DNA from: Chrysemys picta bellii
Lineage: Eukaryota
Direction of reading: 5' to 3'
NCBI RefSeq assembly: GCF_011386835.1
Contig: NC_088812.1
Coordinates: 11,842,001 to 11,906,000 of the forward strand
DNA: 64,000 bases
A program made the translations under genes and the position numbers. Within the stretch, counting starts at the first letter, position 1, and every line of letters begins with the position of its first letter. Shown in pieces: positions 25,215 through 38,380 of this stretch. The notes under the pieces were generated by a model. The model made no database searches. It was not told the origin of the DNA and worked only from the letters and a program-made list of their open reading frames with translations.

Positions 25215-26185
25215 CTCCAGATGGCCTGCACACAAACCCCCACCCTGCCGGGGATCAGGCCTGCTCCCCCCATGAACCCCACTGAGCGTGCCCCCCAGGG
25301 TACGGGCCCCATTGCATGCCCCACACCCCGCCCCCAGGGGGCAGGCCTGCTCCCTCCCATGCACCCCCTGAGCGTGCCCCCCTGGAGTACAGGCCCCATT
25401 ACATGCCCCACACCCCGCCCCCAGGGGGCTGGCCTGTTCCCCCCCCCATGCACCCCACTAAGCGTGCCCCCCCGGAGTACGGCCCCCATTGCATGCCCCA
25501 CCCCCCGCCCCCAGGGGGCTGGCCTGCTCCCTCCCATGCACCCCACTGAGCGTGCCCTCCCGGAGTACGGCCCCCATTGCATGGGCCCCCCAAGGGGGCT
25601 GGCCTGCTCCCCCCCCCCATGCACCCCACTGAGCGTGCCCCCCCGGAGTACGGCCCCCATTGCATGCCCCCCCGGGGGCTGGCCTGCTCCCCCCATGCAC
25701 CCCACTGAGCGTGCCCCCCGGAGTACGGGCCCCATTGCATGCCCCACACCCCGCCCCCAGGGGGCTGGCCTGCTCCCCCCCATGCACCCCACTGAGCGTG
25801 CCCCCCCGGAGTACGGGCCCCATTGCATGCCCCCCCCAAGGGGCTGGCCTGCTCCCTCCCATGCACCCCACTGAGCGAGCCCCCCCCGGAGTACGGGCCC
25901 CATTGCATGCCCCCCAAGGGGGCTGGCCTGCTCCCCCCATGCACCCCACTGAGCGTGCCCCCCCGGAGTACGGGCCCCATTGCATGCCCCACACCCCGCC
26001 CCCAGGGGGCTGGCCTGCTCCCTCCCATGCACCCCACTGAGCGTGCCCCCCTGGAGTACGGGCCCCATTGCATGCCCCACACCCCGCCCCCAGGGGGCTG
26101 GCCTGCTCCCCCCATGCACCCCACTGAGCGAGCCCCCCCGGAGTACGGGCCCCATTGCATGCCCCCCCAAGGGGCTGGCCTGCTA
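25215..26185. repeat. GC-rich minisatellite, about 11 units of 75-90 bp, in ARF3 intron 1
   Basis: The cattgcatgccc anchor recurs at 25311, 25398, 25488, 25576, 25659, 25734, 25822, 25902, 25979, 26067 and 26154. Confidence 0.92.
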
Positions 26186-26214
26186 CTCCCCAGGCCCCTG
26201 CACCCCGCACCTAC

Positions 26215-26400
26215 CTGCTCCGGCTCCGGCTCGCGCTCTTCCTCCCGCCCCCTCCTCCTCCTCCCCAGCTGACTCTGCACCGACCCCCCTCCCCCCCCAG
26301 CCGGAAGCAGCAGGCCCCGTGCACGCACCCGGGGATCTCGCGAGAGCTCTCGCCTAACTCTGGGGAGAGGGGGGGCAGCAAACCTCGCGAGATCAGCAAC
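26215..26400 (-). promoter_or_regulatory. Probable ARF3 non-coding first exon and CpG-island promoter
   Basis: Strong donor CAG|GTAGGT at 26215/26214, in CpG-rich context. TCTCGCGAGA at 26336-26345 and CTCGCGAG at 26384-26391. Human ARF3 also has a non-coding exon 1. Confidence 0.6.
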
Positions 26401-26689
26401 CCATCTCCATGGCAGCAGCTGCAGCAATGCATGGGGGGGGGGTTGCTGCACTAGTGGGGGAGGGGAAGCGCAAGGGGGGCTGCATTGGGGGTGCATTGGG
26501 GAGCTGAGGGTGTGAAGCATCGTGGGTCTTGTGCATGCCTGGGGGCGCTGGGGTGGGGCTGTTACCCGGGGGATGATGCGTGTGAATGGGGGGGTCACAT
26601 CAGCGTGGGCGTGGGACACGCGGGGGCTGGAGCGTGAATAGGAAGGCTGAGATTCATGATGGTGAGGTGCCATCGGGAGTGTGCATGGG

Positions 26690-27342
26690 GGGGCCGTGGT
26701 GTATTAGCGGGAGATATGCGAGGGGGGGATCATGGTGCATTAGCGGGGGTGACGTGCATGCAGGGGTCATGGTGCATTAGCGGAGTGACGTGCATAGGGT
26801 CATGGTGCATTAGCAGGAGATGTGCATGGGGGGCCGGGGTGCATTAGCAGGAGATGTGTGTGGGGGGCTGTGGTGCATTAGTGGGGGCGATGTGCATGTG
26901 GGGGTTGTGGTGTATTAGCGGCAGATGTACATGGGGGTCTGTGGTGCATAAGCAGGGGTGACATGCATGCAGGGGTCATGGTGCATTAGTGGGAGATGTG
27001 CATTAGCGGGGGTGACGTGCATGCAGGGGTCATGGTGCATTAGTGGGAGATGTGGTGCGTTAGCGGGGGTGACGTGCATGCAGGGGTCATGGTGCATTAG
27101 TGGGAGATGTGGTGCGTTAGCGGGGGTGACGTGCATGCAGGGGTCATGGTGCATTAGTGGGAGATGTGGTGCGTTAGCGGGGGTGACGTGCATGCAGGGC
27201 TCATGGTGCATTAGTGGGAGATGTGGTGCCTTAGCGGGGGTGACGTGCATGCAGGGCTCATGGTGCATTAGTGGGAGATGTGGTGCCTTAGCGGGGGTGA
27301 CGTGCATGCAGGGCTCATGGTGCATTAGCGGGAGATGTGCAG
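26690..27342. repeat. 57-bp minisatellite upstream of the putative ARF3 promoter
   Basis: Unit tagcgggggtgacgtgcatgcaggggtcatggtgcattagtgggagatgtggtgcgt starts at 27061, 27118 and onward; copies are more degenerate to the left. Confidence 0.92.
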
Positions 27343-27684
27343 GGGGGTCACACTGCACAAGTGGAGAGGGCGCAATGCAATAGGAGGAGGCTCCCCTGCA
27401 GCATGAGTAGGGGATAAGGCAGGAACAAAGTTCCCCATGTGACCATCGGCTGCCCCCCCCCCCCAGCATGGCCTGGCCCAGTCGCTGCCTACAGGCAGGT
27501 TGCTCCAGTCCCTTGGGTGCTGCTTGCCCAGAGCAGAACCCCCCACCCCGGGGAGCCAGCTTCCCCCTGGCTTACTGTGGCAGGGTCCATGAGGTGCTGC
27601 AGAGCCCCCCGCAGGGTGCACCCCACGGCAGCCAGAGGGACACACAGGCGCTGCACCCCTCTGCCACTCCGTGGGTGCTGCTGC

Positions 27685-27845
27685 ATTGCTGGATTGGGAC
27701 TCCGAAGCCCTGGATTCTATCCCCTGTTCTGCTGGGTGACCTGGGGCAAGTGCTGGTCCCGTCTCTGTGCCTCAGTTTCCCCATCTGTAAAGTGCTTTGG
27801 GATCCCTGGGTGAGAGGTGCTAGATAAGAGCTGGGTATTGATTAT
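27685..27845 (+). mobile_element. MIR-like CORE-SINE with L2-like tail
   Basis: gggtgacctggggcaagt...ctctgtgcctcagtttccccatctgtaaagtgctttgggatcc...tattgattatta. Confidence 0.7.
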
Positions 27846-28024
27846 TAGCCCCAGCCTCCCTCCCGACCCTGCCACCTGGACCTGCCTCGAGGGAATGAGG
27901 GAGCCTCTCCCCCTGCTGTCAGAGCCAACCCTTCCCTGGGTCTGCTGGGGCCCTCGCACGTCTGGCCATAGTGCAGTGAGATCACCCCTCCCCATGGCAG
28001 GGCCGTCGAGTGGTTAGAAAATAT

Positions 28025-28442
28025 TACGGGGAGCCAGGACTCCTGGGTTCTATCCGTGACTCCGGGAGGGGCGTGGGGTCTAGTGGGTTAGAGAAGGAAG
28101 GGGCTGGGAGCCAGGACTCCTGGGTTCTATCCCCGGCTCCGGGAGGGGCGTGGGGTCTAGTGGGTTGGAGGAGGAGGGAGCTGGGAGCCAGGACTCCTGG
28201 GTTCTATCCCCGGTTCCGGGAGGGGCGTGGGGTCTAGTGGGTTGGAGGAGGAGGGAGCTGGGAGCCAAGACTCCTGGGTTCTATCCGCGACTCCGGGAGG
28301 GGCGTGGGGTCTAGTGGGTTAGAGAAGGAAGGGGCTGGGAACCAGGACTCCTGGGTTCTATCCCCGGCTCCGGGAGGGGTGTGGGGTCTAGTGGGTTGGA
28401 GGAGGAGGGGGCTGGGAGCCAGGATTCCTGGGTTCTCTCCTG
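28025..28442 (+). repeat. SINE-head tandem array, about 77-bp unit, about 5-6 copies
   Basis: Units gggagccaggactcctgggttctatccccggctccgggaggggcgtggggtctagtgggtt. Confidence 0.85.
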
Positions 28443-30639
28443 GCTCTGCAATGGACGGATCTACTGCATCTCGTTCAGCGGCCCCGGCCCTGCGCCCCAC
28501 TGGGATGTGGGTGGGGGAGCTGCCAGTGCCACTCTCCCCCAGCAGGTGGCGCACTGCGCCTTGCAGTGTGGACACGCACTGGAGGAGAGGGGTACCTCTG
28601 GGGCTGGGCATGGCCCCACCTGCCCCATGGGCAGCCAGGCTGGGCACCTGCCGGCTGGGAGCCAGGACGCCTGGGTTGTGTCATTGCAGGTGGGTCAGTG
28701 CACTTCAACTGGAGTCGGGGCTCCGGGGTTCCCTCCTTCCCCAAGGCATGAGTGCACTGCACACAGAGCCCCCCTGAGCCCCCCTCACTGCACACAGAGC
28801 CCCCAACCCCCCCCAGTGTTCACTCACTGCACACAGAGCCTCTTGAGCTCCTCTCACTGCACACTGTACATACAGAGACCCATGTACATGTGTGCTCTGC
28901 ACACACAGCCTTGCACACTGTATGCACACACACAGAGCCCTGCTCATGGTACACACACACACAGCCCTGCACTCTGTACAATTTCTCCCCCCCCCCCCCC
29001 CCCCCGCCCGGCTGGAGGCTGGGCTGGGCTGCAGGGCAGGCTGAGGTCAGGGCAGGGCCTGTGTGTTTGCAGCGTGAGTCAGAGCCTGCAGCTCCCAGGG
29101 AGTGTCCCACCTCAGCTGCTAGGGGAGCAAGATGCTGGCAAGCAGGGCCTCCCCAGGGCAGGCGCAGCCCCCCCCCCCCCATTGACGCCCCTCAGCCCTG
29201 CCCCGGGGTGGGGGGGTAGACGCTGCATGCGGCTTCCACACTCAGTGACCCGCAGCCCCATGGCCAAGGCTGTCTCCCACACCCTGCTGCCCGGCATCCC
29301 AGCACCTTCTGCTGGGGTCTCTGCCCTGGGGGCCGGGCCCTGTGCTGGGGGCCCCTGGCTCGGCGTCCTTGCTCCCAGGAGGGTCCCTCTAGCCCGCTCC
29401 CCGTCCCCCACTGCTGCAGAGGAAATGCACCACCCCTGGGCGGCCCAGACGGGAGGCCCCTGCCCCACCAGGTCGGGGTTGCCTCATTCCCCGTGAGGGA
29501 GGGCGTCTGCCCTCTTCATGCACAACAGCCTGACCCCGCCCAGCTCTCCTCCCCTCTCACACCCAGTGGCTGTGAGTTCCACAGGCCACCCGCCTGCCAT
29601 GCAAAGGGCACCCAGTTGGGTCGTGTTTACATTTGCTGCCCGTCGGTCCTGCCGAAGGCCCTGGGGGCACCGGCGGGTGTGCGGGGTTTCCCCTGCAGAA
29701 GCAGTGCCCCACTCTGGTCTCGGGGGGGGGTGGTGTCTGGTGCAGTTTGAAATGGGGGGGCGAGGCAGGTCTTGGGGGGGGCAGGGTGATGCACCCTCCC
29801 TGGCTAATGTCTGTGCAGCCTCTGGCTGATCTGGGGCCTGCGCTCCCTGGGAATGTTCCTCACCCCAGGTCAGCGGGGGGGGGGGGGGGAGGGGGGGACT
29901 GACACTGGCCCCCCTGCCTGGAGGTGGTTGGGGGAGGGGCACTGCAGCAAGGAATGTAGACGGTCAAGGGACCCCTCGGCAGCCCCCCAGCATCCCCCCA
30001 ACCCCACCACTGCCCTCTGGTGCCTTCAACTCAGGCTGATTTCTCTGTGTGTGGGGGGGTCTGCTCCACTGGGGTCATGGCACACAAAATCCACTGGGGC
30101 AGAGGGGAGCGTGTGTCCCAGGAGCCGCTAGCCAGGGACCAGCTGGTCTCGGGGTCGGGTCGGGTCGGGTGGTGGGAGGCAGCAGGTTGAACCCCAGAAA
30201 GCTCACCTCACAGTGAGATAGTAATGGGCTCTGGTCACCACCCTCCTAGGGCCGGATTTGAACCCGCAGCCTAGCAGGGCAGTTCCCTGTCCTGTAGCCT
30301 CCCTGAGCAGCCGCTATCAAATCCCTGCAACAAACCGTCTGCTTCATGGGTCAGGACCACCCGTCTGCCTTCCACTGCCCCCAGCCTTCTCCCCTGAGCA
30401 CCAGGCCTCTGCTTTGCCCAAGCCACGGGGCTTGGCACTGAGAACCTGCCATGCCCAAGCAACCCACTGCCACCAGGGAGCTCGCAGCCCCATTGGGGGC
30501 ACTGCTGTAACGAGACGCAAGGATGTCTGCACGGAGTCTCAGCTGTGGGGGCACTGCTGTGAGGAAGCTTGCAGCACTGTTATCAGCTGTGGGGAGCCCA
30601 GCCCTCCAGCTACATGCCATGTGGGTTCGCAAGGAAGGC

Positions 30640-30965
30640 ATGAGTCCTGGCTCCCAGCCCCCCGCCTCTAACCACTGGACCCCACTCCCCACCCAGAACC
30701 AGGGATAGAACCCAGGAGTCCTGGCTCCCAGCCCCCCCCCCACTCTAACCACTGGACCCCACTCCCCACCCAGAACCAGGGATAGAACCCAGGAGTCCTG
30801 GCTCCCAGCCCCCCCCCCTCTAACCACTGGACCCCACTCCCCACCCAGAACCAGGGATAGAACCCAGGAGTCCTGGCTCCCAGCCCCCCCCACTCTAACC
30901 ACTGGACCCCACTCCCCACCCAGAACCAGGGATGGAACCCAGGAGTCCTGGCTCCCAGCCCCCTC
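30640..30965 (-). repeat. SINE-head tandem array, about 4 copies
   Basis: Units ctctaaccactggaccccactccccacccagaaccagggatagaacccaggagtcctggctcccagccccc. Confidence 0.85.
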
Positions 30966-31517
30966 TAATCCCCCTTCCTCCCAGTTTCCATGTAACAAAT
31001 GTTTAACCAACATATTTGCTGGGCCTGGGCTGGGAACGGGCCTTGCTGCCCCAGCCCTGTCCAGCGCCTGCACCCAGGAGGGGCACAAGAGCAGAGGGGA
31101 CCCGAGCAGGCCCCACCCGGCGAGCGTCGGCGCAGGAAGGGGTCTGTGCAGCGCCGGGCACTGCAACCCGGTGCCAGTGAATTCACCGCAGTCACTCCCC
31201 AGGCAGGTGCTTTTACTGACAGGAACCGGCGGTTGCTGCTACAATAGCCAAGCGGGGCCGCGCTTTGCCGCGAGAATCGGGTACAGGTGTGAAAACAGGC
31301 AGTGAGACACGGAGCGCACAGACCGGGTAACGCTGATGGGGCTCGGAACCCCTGAGCTCTCTGCCCTAGAGCAATAAATTAACCCTGCGGCATCCCCCAC
31401 CCCGGCCCCCTGCTGATACCCACCCCAGCCCCCAATGCCCGAACCTGAGATCCCACTGCGTCCCCCCGGCCCCCACTGCGTCCCCCTGACCTCACTGCTC
31501 CACCCCGACCCAATACT

Positions 31518-32039
31518 CAGATGCAGTATTGTGTCCAGTTCTGGGCACCGCATTTTAAAAAAGATGTGGAGAAATTGGAAAGGGTCCAGAGAAGAGCAAC
31601 AAGAATGATTAAAGGTCGTGAGAACATGACCTATGAAGGAAGGCTGAAAGAATTGGGTTTGTTTAGTTTGGAAAAGAGAAGACTGAGAGGGGACATGATA
31701 GCAGTTTTCAGGTATTTAAAAGGGTGTCATAAGGAGGAGGGAGAAAACTTGTTCACCTTAGCCTCTAAGGATAGAACCAGAAGCAATGGGTTTAAACTGC
31801 AGCAAGGGAGGTCTAGGTTGGACATTAGGAAAAAGTTCCTAACTGTCAGGGTGGTTAAACACTGGAATAAGTTGCCTAGGGAGGTTGTGGAATCTCCATC
31901 TCTGGAGATATTTTAGAGTAGGTTAGATAAATGTCTATCAGGGATGGTCTAGACGGTATTTGGTCCTGCCATGAGGGCAGGGGACTGGACTCGATGACCT
32001 CTCGAGGTCCCTTCCAGTCCTAGAATCTATGAATCTATA
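31518..32039 (+). mobile_element. 5'-truncated CR1 LINE (ORF2 C-terminus plus 3' UTR)
   Basis: Translates [30 protein letters not shown]...[12 protein letters not shown]...[17 protein letters not shown]. 3' UTR ends ccttccagtcctagaatctatgaatctat. Confidence 0.93.
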
Positions 32040-32634
32040 AAACCCCTCACTGTGTTCTCCTGATCCCCACTGCTCTGCCGACCCCCACTGCTCCTCCCCA
32101 ACTCCCACTGCTCCGCCCCAACCCCACTGTGTCCCCCTGATCCCCACAGCATCCTCCCAACTCTCACTGCTCTGCTCCACTCCCCATACCCCCACTGCCC
32201 CCGCAGCATCCCCCCAACCCCTCCACTGCTCCGCTGACCAGCCCCCCCCATCCCCACTGCTCCTGCAGTGTCCCCCTGGCCCCACCCCTGAAAGCCCCAC
32301 TGCCTCCTGGCAACCCCATAACACCCTTTCTGCCCCCCATGCCTCTGCTCCCCCACTCCCCTGCAGCATTTAAAGCATTTGCAAAATTTGCTTAGCTTCC
32401 CCCCCGGCCCCACTGCAGCGCCCTCCCCCTCCCCACGCTTCTTGTTCCCTTCCCACAAAGCCCTAGGAGTTACGGGCGCGGAGCTGGGGTGCTGCCCTTC
32501 TCTTTGGCCCGCAGCCTTTGCGCACGCCCCGAAACACCTGCAGGGACCCTCGTGTCAGGCAGCGGGCAGGGGGCTGCTCCGTCCATGCTGCCGGGGCAGG
32601 AGGCAGGGCTGGGGGCGGCGCAGGCGGCCCCCCC

Positions 32635-33945
32635 TCACTTGCAGACGCTGAGCCAGGTGTTGAGCCGGCACTGCTCACACAGCACGGAGCAGCACCAGTG
32701 GAAGTGGCAGCGGCAGCGCTCGCGGCGCGTCTGGCGCAGGAGGTTGTGGCCTCGCCCGCAGCACAGGCTGGCGCACCCGTCCGTTCGGGGGCTGGTGCGG
32801 TTGCAGGCACGGCCGCGGGTGCCGGGCGAGTCGAGCGCCGGGTCGTGCTCGCAGAAGTCGGGTGATTTCTCGAAGTAGACCAGCTCGCGGGCCAGGCGGC
32901 GCGGACCCAGCCGCGGCCCGAACACGCCGCTGTTGCGGTTGTGGGCGCTGATGAAGGCGGCGTGTTGCATCCGCTCCCGCAGCACCGCGCCCACCAGCCG
33001 GAACTCGGGCACCACCGGCCAGCACGTGCGGAACTGGCAGCTGCCCGACGTGCCGTGGCACTTGCACTTCCGCTTCATGTTCTCCGCCACCACCTGTTCC
33101 GGGGGAGACGGGTGAGCCGGCGGAACTCCCCGCCACTGGACCGTGCAGCGACCTGCCATGGGGGCCTGCCGCTGCTGATCCCCGGCTGCTCCCTGCTGGG
33201 GCTCAGGACGGAGCCCCCCCACACACACGCATGCAGAGTGAGCTGTGCCCGTCCTACTTATGCCTGGCCTGAGGCATCTGCCATGGGCCTCCCAGGGAGC
33301 AGCAGTGACCCTGCCCCTCCGCCCCTGCCCCCTAGCATCCCTCCCCTCCTCTCCTCGCCCGCTGTGCCCCGCAGGCACTGTGCCCCTCCCCCAGTGCCTC
33401 TCCCCCCCGTGCCCCTGCCCCCTAGCATCCCTCCCCTCCTCTCCTTGCCCGCTGTGCCCCGCAGGCACTGTGCCCCTCCCCCAGTGCCAGTGCCTCTCCC
33501 CCCCGTGCCCCTGCCCCCTAGCATCCCTCCCCTCCTCTCCTCGCCCGCTGTGCCCCGCAGGCACTGTGCCCCTCCCCCAGTGCCAGTGCCTCCCCCCCGT
33601 GCCCCTGCCTCATGGGCACCATACCTGCCTGCCCACCCAGTTGTTGTGGATCCTCATCCGGGCCTGGATGTCGCGTGGCGCCTCTCGTGAGTCCAGGAAG
33701 TCCCGGGAGAAGCGCTCCCCAAAGCTGATGTCGGGCCCGCAGCCGCCCCACTGCCAGGTGTCCTGCGGGCCGGGCTCGCCCAGGAGCGAGGCCAGGTGAG
33801 GGGGGAGGCCCTTGCCCCGGGACAGCGCCTGCAGCTGGCTCAGTTTCAGCCGCTGCTTCTCCTGGCCGCCGTGCTCCCCCCAGGCGCAGCCGCAGCCCTG
33901 CAGCTTGCCCAGGCTACAGGCCGTGGCCACCGAGTGCATCACGCC
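32635..33945 (-). CDS. WNT10B: WNT10B, last exon (32635..33093) and 3' part of the penultimate exon (33625..>33945, cut by the N gap)
   Basis: Translates [19 protein letters not shown]...[44 protein letters not shown] | [25 protein letters not shown]...[12 protein letters not shown]...CCGRGHN...FHWCC...WLSVCK*. GT-AG and phase 0. Located next to ARF3 as in human. Confidence 0.92.
33310..33610. repeat. About 80-bp tandem repeat, about 3.5 copies, in the last WNT10B intron
   Basis: Unit ccctgccccctagcatccctcccctcctctcctcgcccgctgtgccccgcaggcactgtgcccctcccccagtgc. Confidence 0.85.
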
Positions 33946-34445
33946 NNNNNNNNNNNNNNNNNNNNNNNNNNNNNNNNNNNNNNNNNNNNNNNNNNNNNNN
34001 NNNNNNNNNNNNNNNNNNNNNNNNNNNNNNNNNNNNNNNNNNNNNNNNNNNNNNNNNNNNNNNNNNNNNNNNNNNNNNNNNNNNNNNNNNNNNNNNNNNN
34101 NNNNNNNNNNNNNNNNNNNNNNNNNNNNNNNNNNNNNNNNNNNNNNNNNNNNNNNNNNNNNNNNNNNNNNNNNNNNNNNNNNNNNNNNNNNNNNNNNNNN
34201 NNNNNNNNNNNNNNNNNNNNNNNNNNNNNNNNNNNNNNNNNNNNNNNNNNNNNNNNNNNNNNNNNNNNNNNNNNNNNNNNNNNNNNNNNNNNNNNNNNNN
34301 NNNNNNNNNNNNNNNNNNNNNNNNNNNNNNNNNNNNNNNNNNNNNNNNNNNNNNNNNNNNNNNNNNNNNNNNNNNNNNNNNNNNNNNNNNNNNNNNNNNN
34401 NNNNNNNNNNNNNNNNNNNNNNNNNNNNNNNNNNNNNNNNNNNNN
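33946..34445. other. Assembly gap (500 N)
   Basis: Run of exactly 500 N. Confidence 1.
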
Positions 34446-37400
34446 TTTATTGTCCTCCCAGTTTTAAAACAACTATAGACAACGGGTCCTTGCTCCACCT
34501 GCTACTCAAAACGCTGGGTTTGCTGGTTATCCAGTTCCAGTTCCGAGGGCTGAATTACACTGGAAAAGCGTCCGACCCACAGTGGCGATTAACTTTACGA
34601 GATGAAAATAATTTAGGTTGAAATATAGATTTCAGCGCCAGGTTATACGGTAACTGCCTCCTGCCGTTTTATTTTTGTTGACTCCATAATTTTGCTGTTT
34701 AATGTTATGCACACACACTTGGGGATCCACACGACACGCTAATACAAGTCAGTTTTAGTTCGTTCACTCTCCCGCCCCTTGCCCTGCACTCTGCACTGAA
34801 AACACTCAATTTAAAAAAAAACCCACAACAAAATGCAAAGGGATTATCCTAAAATCTTTCGAAAGCCGAGTGTTTATGGATGTTTAAAAGTGGATTATTT
34901 GGTATGAAGTGGGTCCACTTCTCAGGTTTGCCCAATTTATTTTATTGTTTAATAAAGCAGATGCCCCTTTCAAAACACATTCTCTCGACGCCAACTTGAA
35001 CTAACTCTGCCCCATCTATCGCCATAAGACCCTTGTTAATCACAAAGCCGAGTTTGCTTTGGCTCTTAACACCACACTCAGGACAAGCCGAACCAGACTT
35101 ACTCTTGCAGCCAGCATGTTCGTTGCTTTTCCACTGACTTGGTGCTCACCAAAGCATCATCAGCTGAACACACAAGCAGTGCAGGCTTCCCTGCATGCCC
35201 TGTCCTAGAGGGGGCTCTGGGCCCCATTCAATCCTTGGCCTCTTGGCCGAGGCGAAGAACAATTTCAATTTTTGTTTTCAACTGTGTGCAGGGCCTGGCA
35301 AGGAACAGGACCGAGATCGACGAATTTCACACAAGCTAAGTAATCGGCTAGTAATGCCAAGAGCGCTGCCGAGCCGGAGGCCCAGTTCCACGGCCGTTAC
35401 TCCTTATTCACACCAGCAGCCCCGTTCGAGTCAAGGAGTCTGTGCCCAACATCAAGGAAGTGAGGTTCAAGACGCCATCTCTGTATTTTAAAAGGGGAGA
35501 AGAGAACTGGGAACTCCTCACAGCAGTTGGCCAAGCCAGGTGCTGACCAGCAGGAATTTTTACTTTGCAAGACTGGCTACATCTGGTGAATAAGGCACTA
35601 CTCATCTAAACCCACTAGCAATGACTGGCCTTAAGGACCCTCAGCTGAATAAACAGTTTTGTTGGTATTTTTTTCTGAGACATTTTTACAAACAAACACT
35701 CAACATCTGCACTGATCAGACCCTAGATCTCAAAGTCAGCAGTGCCAGGTGACTGAAAACAATCCCTGGTTTAAAGAAACCGATCGTTTCAAAGGATGAA
35801 TTTTACATTTTGGTGACATGCGCTGGGTCTGGAAGGAATTTGATTATAAAGGAAGATCAAACGGTTACGTTCCAGGTTTGCTCTCAATTGCCAGTTAGCA
35901 ACTGCTTGATAGGAGTGCGCTTGTATTTACACACTACCTTTGTCTCAAAGCCTTTTACTAAGGCTGAATGATCAACCCCTATGAAATACAGCTGCCTTCA
36001 GAATGGTCTGCACAATTGAAAGGGAAGGGGATATTTAGATCACTGGAGGATCCCCTATTCTTAAGAAAAGTGTCCCAGGGGATCTTTGGTGCCCACACAG
36101 AAGAGACGTGACCCTCCTTGGTTTATAAGGTCTTGTGTGAAAGTTCCAGAGCAAAATGCACACAACAGTTTATCTCCTTGGAGAGGGTAGAGTCCATGCT
36201 CCTGGAGATTTGACCCTGCAGCTACAGGGACATGACACATGTCAAAGTCACACTTTTCCCATTGAGCCATCCCATCTCACACTGCTACTGTGGCAGAGAG
36301 CAGGCCAATACCTACCCTGTCCTCCTAGCTTTCAGACATGATCGTGTTAGAGCATTAGGAACTTAAATGCACTAAAATTAGAGCAGAGTGGCTTTAGAAC
36401 TGCTTGAAGTTCTCAGCTTCTCTGAAATAAGGACTTTTCCCCTAGTGACAAGACTCGGGGGGGGAAAAACCTCAGAAATAGCCCAATTAAAAGCAAAAAT
36501 CTCCAATCTCACTGTGATGCCGTTTGTAAACGTCCTTTGCACTGAGAGGGGCTTTTGAGAAAAGCTAGGACTGGACTGCCTTATGGAGGGGGGAAAGGGC
36601 TGCATCATTGTGTGTTTAGTAGATATTTGGATTATGAAAGAATTCTAGAGATAGAAAAGTCTTGTTAGGTCACACCTAGTCCATCTAATTCCAAGCGTCT
36701 CAAACCATGAAGATTCCATCAGTCCCTTGGGACGCAATTCTGCAGTCCTATTGTTCTCACTGGAAGACAGCCTAAATGTTTCTTCTCTTAATTTCATCCC
36801 ATTACTCTGTTGATACCCTAAGTACTGTGAAATAGTGCTCTGCATGTTAAATATCCCAACGTCAGCCGTGGAACACTTTTCAGATTCCTGATGCCATAAT
36901 TGCAAGCGCGAGAACACTAAACTCCAACCAAATTATACTGAGGCATCTGCATTATTACAAGTAGGATCACAATGAACATTAACCCCTAATGAGAAGAAGC
37001 CGGCCTTCTGCAGAAAGCCCCAGATCCTACAACAGCTTTTGGAAAGCCTGGCCACAACGATTAACATTCTTCAGGTCCTCACGAGAGCCCAACACTCCAA
37101 GTTGATCTGCATGTGTGTCGTCTCCCTGGAGAGAACGCACGTTTATTTTTGTGCTCGCCATGATTCACTGTTTAAGATGCACAAATTGGACTCTTCGTGC
37201 CGTTCAAGCTGTGAGCTGGGATAAACAGGAGCCTCTCTAGGGAACGGTTCAAATGAACACCCTCACATTTTAATGGCATGAAAACAATTAACCGACAAAA
37301 GCAACACAACAGATCGCGATGAAAACTTCCAGCTTCAGTGAATCCACTAATCAAGGCAAAAGCAACAGCTTGTGCTTTTCAACTCAGAAGCAAACTTGCC

Positions 37401-38380
37401 ACAGCCGGCTTCAGAGTGCTGTACATTTATTTCTCCCTCCACTCGGGGTGCAAAGAAAACAAGATACTCACAGGGTCGATGGTGCTAAAACGTACTCGCT
37501 TCATCCTCTCCTTCAAGGAGACGGACCTTGTCTAGATTGAGACTCTTTCAGTGACCTTTAGGGTTAGAATGCCTCCACTTACTATGCTGAAAGAGCTGGG
37601 GAAATACGTTATAAGTGCGTGAGTTCAGGGCCCCCATTCTGCACAGGGGGTGGAGGGCTGAGATGATATTTCAAGATGTACACTTAGCTTCCAATCATTT
37701 ACAGAGTGGGACGTGACCTTAAAATGGCCCTATTAATACTGAAAGAGCCCAAATTTAAAAGGTGGCATCAAAACAATAAGAGCTGTTAGAACTGACTTCA
37801 TCCTACCGCAAATTGCAGCTAAAATCCATCTTTTCTCTCCTGCCTCTAATCTCTGAATTTCTCTGCCCCCTCTTCAGCTGTTATTGAACTTTGTTCTGGA
37901 TAGAGCTGGTATGAGAAATACAATATCAAATAAAGCTGTAATGCAAAACGAGCCAGGAGGGCCATGTTTTAAAAAAGCAAGAGAATAAACTTTCAAACAA
38001 TAGCCTGCAACAGACACTGGATAAAATATTCCGATGTTTCAGTCAAGCCCATGTAGGGTCTGTACCTGGTGGAATATGTTTGAGAATTTACGTACGTTCC
38101 TTCACAGACAAGAGGGAAGATACTAACACTGAACACTTTTTGTTGGCGAAAAAGGAAACATACAAATCAAAACACCTTCAAGCCCAACTGCATTCACCAA
38201 ATAGAAAGCTGCATTTCTCCTCTCCTGTTACAAACAGTCCCTAGACAAAGCCCTCTTCAAATAAGGACATTTTAAATTTAATTTTTATTTTACCATTAAT
38301 CCAAACTGCATGGCAGTAGTGAGATTTCAAACTGCTTTTAAATCCGTGAGGCTAATAATTCAGAAAACCTATTGGTCAGT

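Noticed and set aside
24878-27469. Long Gly/Pro/Cys/His-rich ORFs (up to 430 aa)
   Set aside because: They arise from the two VNTRs around the ARF3 promoter and show no recognisable domain.
33796-34621. ORFs spanning N runs (also 62326-63400)
   Set aside because: They are artefacts of translating through assembly gaps.
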